Positions 8,261-17,570 of a DNA stretch of 58,231 nucleotides are shown here, piece after piece. A program made the translations under genes and the position numbers. The stretch is from Zoogloeaceae bacterium (GTDB lineage: Bacteria > Pseudomonadota > Gammaproteobacteria > Burkholderiales > Rhodocyclaceae), in contig SSSX01000392.1 of the NCBI GenBank assembly GCA_015657735.1, positions 1 to 58,231 on the forward strand, written 5' to 3'. The notes below the pieces were generated by a model. The model was not told the origin of the DNA and did not search any database. It worked only from the letters and a program-made list of their open reading frames with translations. The first letter of the stretch is position 1, and every line of letters starts with the position of its first letter.

Positions 8261-9475
8261 ATGTCGATCAAACTCGCCGTCCGCAACATCCTCCGCCAGA
8301 AGATCCGCACCGGGATGACCCTTGCCGCGATCATCTTCGGCGTGGTCAGCCTGGTGCTCGCCGGCGGCTTCGTGCAGGACATCTTCATCCAGCTCGGCGA
8401 AACCATCATCCATTCCCAGACCGGGCACCTGCAGCTGTTCAAGAAGGATTTTCTCGACAAGGGCACCCGCTACCCCGACCGCTTCCTGATCGACAAGCCG
8501 GACGACATCGCCCGCCGCATCGCCGGCCACCCCGAGGTGGACGCGGTGATGGGGCGGGTCTATTTTTCCGGCCTGGTGAACAACGGCCGCCGCGACCTGC
8601 CGATCGTCGGCGAAGGCGTCGAGCCCGACAAGGAAGCCAAGCTCGGCAGCTTCCTGAAGATCGTCGCCGGCAAGCAGCTGCACGACAAGGACGTGGACGG
8701 CATCCTGATCGGCCAGGGCGTCGCCCAGTCCCTCAACGTCAAGCCCGGCGACTCGCTGACGCTGGTCCTCAGCGCCGCCGAGGGCGCGATGAACACCCTC
8801 GATTTCCGCGTCGTCGGCATCTTCCAGAGCTTCTCGAAGGAATTCGACGCCCACGCGGTGCGCATCCCGCTGGCCGCCACCCACGAACTGCTGCAAACCC
8901 GTGGCGTCAACCAGATCGTCGTGGCGCTGCACCACACCGACGACACCGAGCGCATGCTCGCCGCCCTCGAGGCCGACTTCAAGGATGGCCCCTTCGACCT
9001 GCGCAGCTGGCGCACCCTCTCCGACTTCTACGACAAATCGGTGCAACTCTACGACGCCCAGTTCGGCGTGCTGCAGTTCATCATCCTGCTGATGGTGCTG
9101 CTGTCGGTGATCAACAGCGTCAACATGAGCGTCTTCGAGCGCCAGGGCGAATTCGGCACGATGCAGGCGATGGGCAACCGGCGCCGCGACATCATCCGGC
9201 TGATCGTCATCGAGTCGGCGATCATCGGCTTCGTCGGGGCGGTGATCGGCACCCTGCTCGGCATCGCGCTGGCGCTGATCATTTCGCGGATCGGCATCCC
9301 GATGCCGCCGCCGCCCAACGCCAACGTCGGCTACACCGCCTTCATCCGCGTCGTGCCGGCAACCGTGGCCGGCGCCTTCCTGGTCGGTTTCTTCGCCACC
9401 GTGCTGGCCTCGCTGTTTCCGGCATTCAAGGTCTCGCGGATTCCGGTCGTTGACGCCTTACGTCAGAACATTTGA
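8261..9475 (+). CDS. ABC transporter permease (FtsX/LolE/MacB-like)
   Basis: LAVRNILRQKIRT N-terminus, large periplasmic loop, ERQGEFGTMQAMG, three C-terminal TM helices, PVVDALR end. Confidence 0.85.
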   Translation: MSIKLAVRNILRQKIRTGMTLAAIIFGVVSLVLAGGFVQDIFIQLGETIIHSQTGHLQLFKKDFLDKGTRYPDRFLIDKPDDIARRIAGHPEVDAVMGRVYFSGLVNNGRRDLPIVGEGVEPDKEAKLGSFLKIVAGKQLHDKDVDGILIGQGVAQSLNVKPGDSLTLVLSAAEGAMNTLDFRVVGIFQSFSKEFDAHAVRIPLAATHELLQTRGVNQIVVALHHTDDTERMLAALEADFKDGPFDLRSWRTLSDFYDKSVQLYDAQFGVLQFIILLMVLLSVINSVNMSVFERQGEFGTMQAMGNRRRDIIRLIVIESAIIGFVGAVIGTLLGIALALIISRIGIPMPPPPNANVGYTAFIRVVPATVAGAFLVGFFATVLASLFPAFKVSRIPVVDALRQNI

Positions 9476-9492
9476 ACAGAGGCCGTGCTGCC

Positions 9493-10263
9493 ATGTCGTT
9501 ACTTGATCGATTCAGTCTGGGCGAAGGCTTCCGGAAATACTTCGAGGTCGTCGCCGCCTTCGACACCCCGCTGCGCAACGACGTCTACGGCATCCGCCAC
9601 GAGGTTTACTGCGAAGAACTCGGTTTCGAGCCGGTCCGCCCCGACCGGCTCGAAACCGACGACAACGACCGTCACAGCCTGCACTGCCTGATGCGCAGCT
9701 CGACCGAGCCGCGCACCCTGGTGGGCTGCAACCGCCTCGTGCTGGCGCGCCCCGAAGACCCGGCCCACCCGCTGCCCTTCGAGCACACCTGCCGCGCGAC
9801 CCTCGACCGCTCGATCATCGACCCGGCCAAAGAGCCCCGCGGCACCATCGCCGAAGTGTCGCGCCTCGCGGTGCGCGCCCACTACCGCCGCCGCAAGGGC
9901 GAAACCAAAACCGCGCTGGCGCTCAGCGACGACGATTTCGGCACCAAGGAACAGCCCCGCTTCCCGTACATCCCGATCGGCCTGTACCTGGCCGTCGTCG
10001 CGCTGGCCCGGCGGGAAGGCATCGAAACCCTGTTCATGCTCACCGAACCGCGCCTCGCCGACCACTTTTCGAAACTCGGCGTGAAGATCACCCAGATCGG
10101 CGGCCCGGTCGAGCACCGGGGCATCCGCGTGCCGTCGATGATGAGCGTCGACAGCGTCGTCAAGGGGCTGCGCTTCTTCGTCAGACCCATCTGGCGGGTC
10201 GTCCTCGAGGAGATCGAGGCCGGCTACTCCCCCGGCCGCCCGGCTTTCCTGCCGCCGGCCTGA
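9493..10263 (+). CDS. PEP-CTERM/exosortase-associated acyltransferase (ExoAT/FeeM-like N-acyl amino acid synthase, GNAT fold)
   Basis: VYGIRHEVYCEELGFE, ETDDNDRHSLHCL, AEVSRLAVRAHYRRRKGE, MLTEPRLA, GGPVEHRGIRVP. Confidence 0.8.
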   Translation: MSLLDRFSLGEGFRKYFEVVAAFDTPLRNDVYGIRHEVYCEELGFEPVRPDRLETDDNDRHSLHCLMRSSTEPRTLVGCNRLVLARPEDPAHPLPFEHTCRATLDRSIIDPAKEPRGTIAEVSRLAVRAHYRRRKGETKTALALSDDDFGTKEQPRFPYIPIGLYLAVVALARREGIETLFMLTEPRLADHFSKLGVKITQIGGPVEHRGIRVPSMMSVDSVVKGLRFFVRPIWRVVLEEIEAGYSPGRPAFLPPA

Positions 10264-10550
10264 GGCGTCCGCCCGGCCCCTTCCTTCAGCGCCGCCCGCG
10301 CCAGCAGGTGCGAGGCGACCGGCAGCGTGACCAGCAGTACGGCGAACACCGCCAGCGCACGCAACATCCATTCCAGGCTGCCACCGCGCAGCGCCACGCC
10401 GGCCAGCAGCACCGCCAGCGCCAGCGTGGCGGCCTTGGTCGCCGCGTGCTGGCGCGACAGCGCGTCGGGCAGACGCAGCACCCCGACCGCGGCGACCACC
10501 AGCAGCACGACGCCGAGCAGCATCAGCCCCACAGCGAGTCCCTCAAGCAC
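10224..10550 (-). CDS. mrpG: Mrp/Mnh cation:proton antiporter subunit G
   Basis: GVLRLPDALSRQHAATKAATL, TLPVASHLLARAA; last gene of the operon; 3' end overlaps the convergent acyltransferase by 40 nt. Confidence 0.85.
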   Translation of the reverse strand: MLEGLAVGLMLLGVVLLVVAAVGVLRLPDALSRQHAATKAATLALAVLLAGVALRGGSLEWMLRALAVFAVLLVTLPVASHLLARAALKEGAGRTPQAGGRKAGRPGE

Positions 10551-10803
10551 GCCGCGCTCCCCGTTTCTCCACCGCCCGCGCCCACGCCAGCGTGCCGACG
10601 AACGCCACCAGCGCGACGCCCAGCGCCACGTCGAGGTACAGCACCCGCCCGCTCAGCGCCGCAGCCAGCACGCAGGCCGCAATGGCGCACGCCGACAACA
10701 GGTCGAAGGCGACGATGCGGTCGGCGTCGGTCGGCCCGCGGACCAGCCGGATCGCCCCCAGCAGCATCGCCAGCGCCAGCAGGCCGATCAGCACGCCGTT
10801 CAT
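10543..10803 (-). CDS. mrpF: Mrp antiporter subunit F
   Basis: RLVRGPTDADRIVAFD, YLDVALGVALVAFVGT; 86 aa. Confidence 0.85.
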   Translation of the reverse strand: MNGVLIGLLALAMLLGAIRLVRGPTDADRIVAFDLLSACAIAACVLAAALSGRVLYLDVALGVALVAFVGTLAWARAVEKRGARRA

Positions 10804-11147
10804 GCCGGCCTCCCGCACAAAACCCTCACGTGACGCTCGAAATGGCGGCGGATGGCGTCGGCGGTGGCCGCGCCGTCGGCGCCGTCGAGCACGTGCAGCA
10901 GCAGGCTGCGCGAGGCCATGTCGATGTCGACGACGGTGGTCCCCGGCGTCAGCGTCACCAGGCAGGCCAGCAGCGCCGCGCCCGCCTCGCTCATCGGCGC
11001 GAACTCGTAGCGCAGCAGCGCCGGCCGCGCCGCCAGCCGCGGCGACAGGATGATGCGCAGCGTCGCCATCCCCGACAGCAACAGCTGCCAGACGAACGAT
11101 GCCAGCAGGACCGTCAGCGCCGCCGGCCACCGCATGAGCCGCATCAT
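10800..11147 (-). CDS. mrpE: Mrp antiporter subunit E (short form)
   Basis: LVTLTPGTTVVD, LLLHVLD; ATGA overlaps on both sides. Confidence 0.85.
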   Translation of the reverse strand: MMRLMRWPAALTVLLASFVWQLLLSGMATLRIILSPRLAARPALLRYEFAPMSEAGAALLACLVTLTPGTTVVDIDMASRSLLLHVLDGADGAATADAIRRHFERHVRVLCGRPA

Positions 11148-12598
11148 CGCGCCGCCTCCGCCGCCAGTCCGGCCGCAGCCTGCTCGGCCAGGCCGAGCAG
11201 GGTCTGCGGGCAAAGGCCGATCCACACCGTCAGCGCGGCCAGCGCGGTCACCGCCAGCAGCGCCGCGGCGGGCAGCGGCCGCAGCGCCGGCGCGGCCGGA
11301 TGGGGCTTCCAGAACGCCTCGAGCCAGATCTTGCTCATCGAGTAGAGCGTCAGCACGCCGGTCGCCAGCGCCGCGCCGGCCCACATCCAGTGGCCGCCGG
11401 CGAAGCTCTCGCGCAGCACCAGGAACTTGGCCCAGAAGCCCGACAGCGGCGGAATGCCCACCAGCGACAGGGCCGGCACCGCGAAGACGATGGCCAGCAG
11501 CGGCCGGGCCGCGGCCACGCCGCCGATGCGGCGCAGGTCGTAGCTGCCGGCAACCCGGCAGACCAGCGCGGCGAGCAGGAACAGATTGGCCTTCACGACG
11601 ATGTGGTGGACCGTGTAGAAGATCGCCGCGGCGTGGCCGGCCGGGCTCGCCAGCGCCACCGCGAGCAGCAGGTAGCCGATCTGGCTGACGATGTGGAAGG
11701 CCAGGATGCGCCGCAAGTCCCAGTGATACGCCGCACCGAGCGCGCCGGCCACCATCGTGGCCACCGCCAGCGCTCCCAGCAGCGGCTGCCAGCCGGCCAG
11801 CGCGGCCGGAAAAACCTGCCCGAACAGCCGCAGCAGCGCATACACGCCGACCTTGCTGAGCAGCCCGGCGAACAGCGCCAGCAGCGGCGCCGGCAGCACA
11901 TGGTAGGCCGCCGGCAGCCACGAGAACAGCGGAAAGGCCGCCGCCTTGGCGAGGAAGGCCACCGCCAGCAGGCCGACCCCGGCGGCCAGCAGCGGATCGC
12001 TGCCGGCCCGCGCGAGGGCGACGAAATTGAGTTGCCCGGTCGCGCCATACACCACCGCGATGCCGACCAGCAGCACCAGCGTCCCGACCATGTTCAGCAC
12101 CAGATAGCGCAGCGTGCCGTCGAGCTCCGCCACCCGGCCGCGGTGGGCGAGCAGGCCGAGCGCGGCGATCAGCATCACCTCGAACCACACGTACAGGTTG
12201 AACAGGTCGCCGGTGGCGAAGGCGCCGCCGACGCCGGCCATCAGCCCATGCACCAGCGCCAGCGTCGCCGGGCGGCGCGCCGCCGGATCGACCCGCGCCG
12301 CCTGAAAGACGAGGCACACCAGGGCGATCAGCGCCGACACCGCGATGAGCACCGCCGACAGCCGGTCGACGGCGAAGGCGATGCCGAACGGCCACGCCCA
12401 GTCGCCGAGGATCAGCGCCAGCCGGCCGTGCGCGCCGACCGCCTGCAGGATCGCCAGCGCGGCCACCAGGTTGGCGGCGGCGGCGGCCAGGCTGAAAGCT
12501 TCCGCCACCCGCGCGCGGCCGGCCAGCAGCACGCAGCCGACGGCGCCGGCCAGCGGCAGCAGCACCGGCGCCAGGGCCAGGTTGGCGGCGCCCGTCAC
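11144..12598 (-). CDS. mrpD: Mrp antiporter subunit D
   Basis: DLFNLYVWFEVMLIA, KAAAFPLFSWLP, GIPPLSGFWAK; GTG start overlapping the mrpC stop. Confidence 0.9.
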   Translation of the reverse strand: MTGAANLALAPVLLPLAGAVGCVLLAGRARVAEAFSLAAAAANLVAALAILQAVGAHGRLALILGDWAWPFGIAFAVDRLSAVLIAVSALIALVCLVFQAARVDPAARRPATLALVHGLMAGVGGAFATGDLFNLYVWFEVMLIAALGLLAHRGRVAELDGTLRYLVLNMVGTLVLLVGIAVVYGATGQLNFVALARAGSDPLLAAGVGLLAVAFLAKAAAFPLFSWLPAAYHVLPAPLLALFAGLLSKVGVYALLRLFGQVFPAALAGWQPLLGALAVATMVAGALGAAYHWDLRRILAFHIVSQIGYLLLAVALASPAGHAAAIFYTVHHIVVKANLFLLAALVCRVAGSYDLRRIGGVAAARPLLAIVFAVPALSLVGIPPLSGFWAKFLVLRESFAGGHWMWAGAALATGVLTLYSMSKIWLEAFWKPHPAAPALRPLPAAALLAVTALAALTVWIGLCPQTLLGLAEQAAAGLAAEAAR

Positions 12599-12996
12599 GC
12601 CCGCCGCTCCGCGTCGAAGGGCTGCGGCTTGCGGTCGGCGCCGGGGCCGGGTTCGGCGTCGGCCAGCGCGTCGACGTCGCCCTCCGGGCGCTTCGCCAGC
12701 AGCGCGGCGACCAGCACCAGCGCGAAGCAGACGAACGCAAAGCCGATCACGATGGCGGTCAGCACCAGCGCCTGGGGCAGCGGATTGGCGGCCGTGGCGG
12801 CCAGCACGCGCTCGCCGTCGGCGAGGATCGCCGGCACGCCGCTGCCGATGCGCCCGGCGATCAGCACGAAGAGGTTCACCGCGGTGCCGGCCAGCGCCAG
12901 CCCGACGACCACGCGCAGCAGGTCGCGGGCGAGGATCAGCCACACCGCGGCGCCGCCGCAGACGCCGATGGCCAGCGCCAGCAGCCAGGCGTTCAT
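12595..12996 (-). CDS. mrpC: Mrp antiporter subunit C
   Basis: AVNLFVLIAG, NPLPQALVLTAIVIGFA. Confidence 0.9.
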   Translation of the reverse strand: MNAWLLALAIGVCGGAAVWLILARDLLRVVVGLALAGTAVNLFVLIAGRIGSGVPAILADGERVLAATAANPLPQALVLTAIVIGFAFVCFALVLVAALLAKRPEGDVDALADAEPGPGADRKPQPFDAERRA

Positions 12997-13415
12997 GCGC
13001 GCCTCCCCAGCGCCAGCACCAGCGCCGCCAGCCCGCCCCACACGCAGCACATCACGCCGAGGTCGAAGAGCATCACCGTCGACCACGGTAGCGTCACGCC
13101 GGCGACCGCGATCTCGCCGCTGAAATGGGTCAGGAAAGGCCGCCCGGCGACCACCGCCGGCAGCCCGGCCAGCACGCCCAGCGCGACGCCGACCGCCGTC
13201 AGGCTCTCCGGCCGCAGCGGCAGACGCGCCCGCGCCGCCCGTTCGCCGAAGGCCAGCGCGTAGCCGGCAGTGGCCGCCACCGCCAGCAGGCCGGCGATGA
13301 AACCGCCGCCCGGCGCATTGTGACCGCGCAGCCAGACGACCAGCGCCGCCACCAGCAGCGGCCGGTAGAGGCGGCCGACGAGCTGCTCGACGAGCACCTC
13401 GCGCCGGCCGATCAC
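12993..13415 (-). CDS. mrpB: Mrp antiporter subunit B
   Basis: RGHNAPGGGFIAGL, MLFDLGV; GTG start overlapping the mrpA stop. Confidence 0.85.
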   Translation of the reverse strand: MIGRREVLVEQLVGRLYRPLLVAALVVWLRGHNAPGGGFIAGLLAVAATAGYALAFGERAARARLPLRPESLTAVGVALGVLAGLPAVVAGRPFLTHFSGEIAVAGVTLPWSTVMLFDLGVMCCVWGGLAALVLALGRRA

Positions 13416-15727
13416 CGCGCCCTCCCGAGCCGCCGCAGGATGCCGACCGAGGCCAGCGCGGCCAGCATCACGACGGCGATCTCGCCGAGGGTGTCGAGGC
13501 CGCGGAAGTCGACGATGATGACGTTGACCACGTTGCGCCCGTGGGCCGCCGCGAGGGACCGCGCGCCGAAGAAATCGGACAGCGCGGCGTCGAACGGCGC
13601 AGCGCTGATGCCCAGCGCCAGCAGCGTCAGCGCGCTGCCGGTGAGTACCGCGGCGACCACCCCGAGCAACGGCCGGCCGTGGGGCAGCACGCCCGGCGAG
13701 TTCTTCTCGAGCCGGCCGATCAGCGCCGCGACGACCGCCGCGAACACCGCATCCACCGCCAGCTGCGTAAAGGCCAGATCCGGCGCACCGCGGAACAGGA
13801 AGACCAGCACCGCCCCGAGCCCGGCGACGCCGCTCAGCAGCAGCAGCGCCAGGCGCCGCCGCAGCACGGCGCAGGCCAGCGCCGCCAGCGCCACCAGCAG
13901 CGCCCCGGCCGCCAGCCCGGCGTCGATGTCGCCGGCGGGTGCCGGCCGGCCGAGTTCCGCCAGCCACGGCAGCAGCGCCAGCCCGGCGGCGGCCAGCAGC
14001 GTCGCCACGTAAAGCGGCAGGCGGCCGTGCTGCAGGCCGCGGGTCACGACGCCGGCCAGCGCCGCCAGCCCGCCCAGCGCGCGCTCGAAACCGCGCTGGC
14101 CGCTCGGCCCGGCGGACGGGTCGCGGTCGTGCAGCCCACGCTCGCGCTGCAGCCGGAAGTACAGCCCGATCCCGCCGGCAAAGGCCACCGCGCTCATCAG
14201 CAACGGCAGGTTGAAGCCGTGCCACAGCGCGATGTTCACCGCCGGCATCGGCGCACCGGTGAGCGCCGGCACCGCCACCTGGAGCAGCGGGCCGAAAGTC
14301 TGCATCGGCAGCAGGCCGACCACCACGCAGACCAGCACCAGCAGATCGACCGGCACCCGCATCCACACCGGCGGCTCGTGGGGCAGGCGGTCGAGGCCGA
14401 CCGGCTCGCCGTGGAAGAAGGTGTCGTGGATAAAGCGCATCGAGTAGGCCACGCCGAGCAGGCCGGCCAGCACCGCGCCGGCCGGCACCAGCCAGGCGAA
14501 CAGTGGGTGGCTCACTTCCAGCGCCTCGGCGAAGAACATCTCCTTCGACAGGAAGCCGTTGAGCAGCGGCACGCCGGCCATCGCCGCGGCGGCAGCGATG
14601 GCCAGCGCCGACGTCCACGGCATGTAGCGCACGAGGCCGTTGATGCGGCGCAGATCGCGGGTGCCGCATTCGTGGTCGATGATGCCGGCGGCCATGAAGA
14701 GGCTGGCCTTGAAGGTGGCGTGGTTGAGGATGTGGAACACCGCGGCGACCACCGCCAGCTCCGAGCCCAGCCCGAGCAGCAGCGTGATCAGCCCCAGGTG
14801 CGACAGCGTCGAGTAGGCCAGCAGCCCCTTCAGATCGTGCTGGAACAGCGCGTACCAGGCGCCGACCAGCAGCGTCGCCAGCCCGGTGAGGCTGACCGCG
14901 TAGAACCAGCCGTCGGAACCCGCCAGCACCGGGTAGAGGCGGGCCAGCAGGAACACGCCGGCCTTGACCATCGTCGCCGAGTGCAGGAAGGCCGACACCG
15001 GCGTCGGCGCGGCCATCGCGTGGGGCAGCCAGAAGTGGAACGGGAACTGGGCGCTCTTGGTGAAGGCGCCGAGCAGGATCAGCGCGAGGATCGCCGGGTA
15101 GCGCGGGTCGGCGCGCACCGCCGGACCGGCGGCGAGCACCGCGTCGAGATCGTAGCTGCCGGCCACCTGGCCGAGCAGGATCAGCCCGGCGAGCAGGCAC
15201 AGGCCGCCGCCGGCGGTGATCGTCAGCGCCATGCGGGCGCCGCGGCGGGCGTCGTCGCGGTGGGTCCAGAAGCCGATCAGCAGGAAGGAGGCGACGCTGG
15301 TCAGCTCCCAGAACACCAGCAGCACGATGAGATTGCCGGCCGTGACGACGCCGAGCATCGCCCCGGCGAAGGCCACCAGGAAGGCCAGGAAGCGCGGCTC
15401 GGAATCCTCCGCCGACAGATAGTAGTGGGCGTACAGCACCACCAGCGCGCCGATCACCGAGATCAGCAGACAGAAAATCCACGCCAGCCCGTCGACGCGG
15501 ATCGTGTAGTCGATGCCGGCGAGCCACGGCGACGAGGCCTTCAGCACCGCCCCGCCGAACACCGCCGGCGCCATCGCGGCGGTCATTGCGCCGGCCGCCA
15601 GCAGCGCCGCCGCCGCCAGCCACGCCGACAGCCGCCGCCGTCCGGCCGGCAACGCGCCGATGCCGCAGGCGGCCGCGAAGGGCAGCAGCGGCAGCCACGG
15701 CAGGAGGTGCAGGACGGCGGGATTCAC
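13412..15727 (-). CDS. mrpA: Mrp antiporter subunit A
   Basis: FWELTSVASFLLIGFW, KSAQFPFHFWLPHAMAAPTPVSAFLHSATMVKAG, NVVNVIIVDFRGLDTLGEI. Confidence 0.9.
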   Translation of the reverse strand: MNPAVLHLLPWLPLLPFAAACGIGALPAGRRRLSAWLAAAALLAAGAMTAAMAPAVFGGAVLKASSPWLAGIDYTIRVDGLAWIFCLLISVIGALVVLYAHYYLSAEDSEPRFLAFLVAFAGAMLGVVTAGNLIVLLVFWELTSVASFLLIGFWTHRDDARRGARMALTITAGGGLCLLAGLILLGQVAGSYDLDAVLAAGPAVRADPRYPAILALILLGAFTKSAQFPFHFWLPHAMAAPTPVSAFLHSATMVKAGVFLLARLYPVLAGSDGWFYAVSLTGLATLLVGAWYALFQHDLKGLLAYSTLSHLGLITLLLGLGSELAVVAAVFHILNHATFKASLFMAAGIIDHECGTRDLRRINGLVRYMPWTSALAIAAAAAMAGVPLLNGFLSKEMFFAEALEVSHPLFAWLVPAGAVLAGLLGVAYSMRFIHDTFFHGEPVGLDRLPHEPPVWMRVPVDLLVLVCVVVGLLPMQTFGPLLQVAVPALTGAPMPAVNIALWHGFNLPLLMSAVAFAGGIGLYFRLQRERGLHDRDPSAGPSGQRGFERALGGLAALAGVVTRGLQHGRLPLYVATLLAAAGLALLPWLAELGRPAPAGDIDAGLAAGALLVALAALACAVLRRRLALLLLSGVAGLGAVLVFLFRGAPDLAFTQLAVDAVFAAVVAALIGRLEKNSPGVLPHGRPLLGVVAAVLTGSALTLLALGISAAPFDAALSDFFGARSLAAAHGRNVVNVIIVDFRGLDTLGEIAVVMLAALASVGILRRLGRAR

Positions 15728-15947
15728 CGGACGGATCGTAACAGCGGACGGGGCGGGCGGCTAAGTCGAAAAATCGGACCTCACGCTGCGAAAAATGCGC
15801 AACCGGCCGTCGCCGCCGATTCGACCATATCCAGCAACAAAATAATCGCTATTGTTTCAATTTAAGCAACAAACCGCCGCCGCCCGTCATCCTCCTGCAA
15901 CGCGCGAGGCCTAGCCTGACGGGCCCGCCTTCCTCCCGGAGATCGCC

Positions 15948-16562
15948 ATGTACCTGTCCCCCGCCGACATCCAGCAAACCCGCCTGCACACCATCGACCA
16001 CCTGCACGCCGCGTCGCGCGTGTGGGTCGAGGCGACCGAGAGGCTGTCCGAACTGAGCCTGCGCGCCGGCCGCCAGGCGCTCGAGGAAGGCCGCCTGCAT
16101 CTGGCGGAACTGGCCGATTCCCACCCGCTCGGCTTCGCCCCGCTGCCGATCGAGCGCCTCGCCGACTGGCGCAGCGGGTCGGCGGACCTGGTCAGCGAAT
16201 GCTTCGACATCATCGGCGACGCCCAGCAGGCGATCCTGCAGATGGCCCGCGACCAGGTCGCCGCGCTCGACAAGGTGCTGCTGCGCCAGCTGGACCGTGC
16301 CGCGCTGCACGCCGACGCCACCGGCGAGGCCGCCATCGGCCACATGAAGACCGCCATCGGCCAGGCCGAAGCCCATTTCAACGACCTCGCCGACGCGGCG
16401 GTCCGCGGTGGCGAACTGGTCGAGGAGCAGGTCCGGCAGGTGGCCGGCGCACTCGCCGACAATGGCGAAGAGGCGCCCGAGGCCGATCCGGCCGACGACA
16501 TCGCGACCACCCCGCCGGCCCGCAGCCGCCTCAGCCGCCGCAGCCGCAGCCGCGCCGACTGA
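15948..16562 (+). CDS. Phasin-like (PHA granule-associated) protein
   Basis: GGAG RBS; all-helical Ala/Glu/Leu-rich sequence with ERLSELSLRAGRQAL, similar to the phasin core; basic low-complexity tail. Confidence 0.5.
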   Translation: MYLSPADIQQTRLHTIDHLHAASRVWVEATERLSELSLRAGRQALEEGRLHLAELADSHPLGFAPLPIERLADWRSGSADLVSECFDIIGDAQQAILQMARDQVAALDKVLLRQLDRAALHADATGEAAIGHMKTAIGQAEAHFNDLADAAVRGGELVEEQVRQVAGALADNGEEAPEADPADDIATTPPARSRLSRRSRSRAD

Positions 16563-16643
16563 ACCGCGCGGCGCGGCCCGCGCTAGAATCGAAAACCCGA
16601 TCGCGGGCGGACCTCCGCCCGCGCGCCCGTTTTCAGGAATCCC

Positions 16644-17465
16644 ATGAGCAACCGCGCCTCCCTCTACCAGACCCGCTACGGCTCGCCCGACATGGCCGTG
16701 CCGGCCGCCGGCTCGCCGATCATCGACCACCTCCTGGCCCACCGCTCGGTGCGCGCCTACCTGCCCGACCCGGTCGGCGACGACCAGCTCGCCGCGATTG
16801 TCGCGGCCGCCCAGTCGGCGGCCAGCTCATCGAACCTGCACGCCTGGAGCGTCGTCGCGGTGCGCGACCCGGCCCGCAAGGCGCGCCTCGCCGAACTGGC
16901 CGGCGACCAGGCCCACATCGGCCAGGCGCCGCTGCTGCTGGTGTGGCTGGCCGATCTGGCGCGACTCGAGCAGGTGGCGCGGAAGGTCGGCGAGGCGCAC
17001 GTCGCGCTCGACTATCTCGAGATGTTCGAGGTGGGCGTCATCGACGCCGCGCTGGCTGCCCAGAACGCCGTCGCCGCCGCCGAATCCCTCGGTCTCGGCA
17101 CGGTTTACATCGGCGCGATGCGCAACCGGCCCGAAGACGTCGCCGCCGAACTGCAACTGCCGCCGCGGGTCGTCGCGGTATTCGGCCTGTGCGTCGGCAC
17201 CCCCGACCCGGCCCAGCCCGCCGCCGTCAAGCCGCGCCCGCCGCAGTCGGTCGTGCTGCACCACGAAACCTACTCGCTGCCCCGCCAGGCCGCCGGACTT
17301 GAGCAGTACGACGGCGCGATGGCGGCCTTCTACGCCAGCCAGGGCATGCAGGTCCGCGGCAGCTGGTCGAACCACTCGGCCAAACGGGTCCGCGACACCG
17401 CCGCGCTGTCGGGCCGCGACCGGCTGGTGGCAGCCCTCAACGCCCTCGGTTTTCCGCTGCGCTGA
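16644..17465 (+). CDS. NADPH-dependent flavin reductase/nitroreductase (NfsA/Frp family)
   Basis: HRSVRAY, AQSAASSSN, IDAALAAQN, ESLGLGTVYIGAMRN, VKPRPPQ. Confidence 0.88.
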   Translation: MSNRASLYQTRYGSPDMAVPAAGSPIIDHLLAHRSVRAYLPDPVGDDQLAAIVAAAQSAASSSNLHAWSVVAVRDPARKARLAELAGDQAHIGQAPLLLVWLADLARLEQVARKVGEAHVALDYLEMFEVGVIDAALAAQNAVAAAESLGLGTVYIGAMRNRPEDVAAELQLPPRVVAVFGLCVGTPDPAQPAAVKPRPPQSVVLHHETYSLPRQAAGLEQYDGAMAAFYASQGMQVRGSWSNHSAKRVRDTAALSGRDRLVAALNALGFPLR

Positions 17466-17570
17466 GGCCGTACCCATAAGCCTGTCAAACCCCCTGAAGC
17501 CGCAGGTATCCGCAGCGTATATGGATTATAGTTTTCGGCCCTGCCACTTCCGCCGAAAGCTTCCGTTGCC

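Noticed and set aside
17483-17499. Possible PEP-CTERM-box enhancer (TGT-N11-ACA) upstream of the GDSL gene
   Set aside because: The sequence is TGTCAAACCCCCTGAAG; the right half-site does not match and I find no -24/-12 element downstream.
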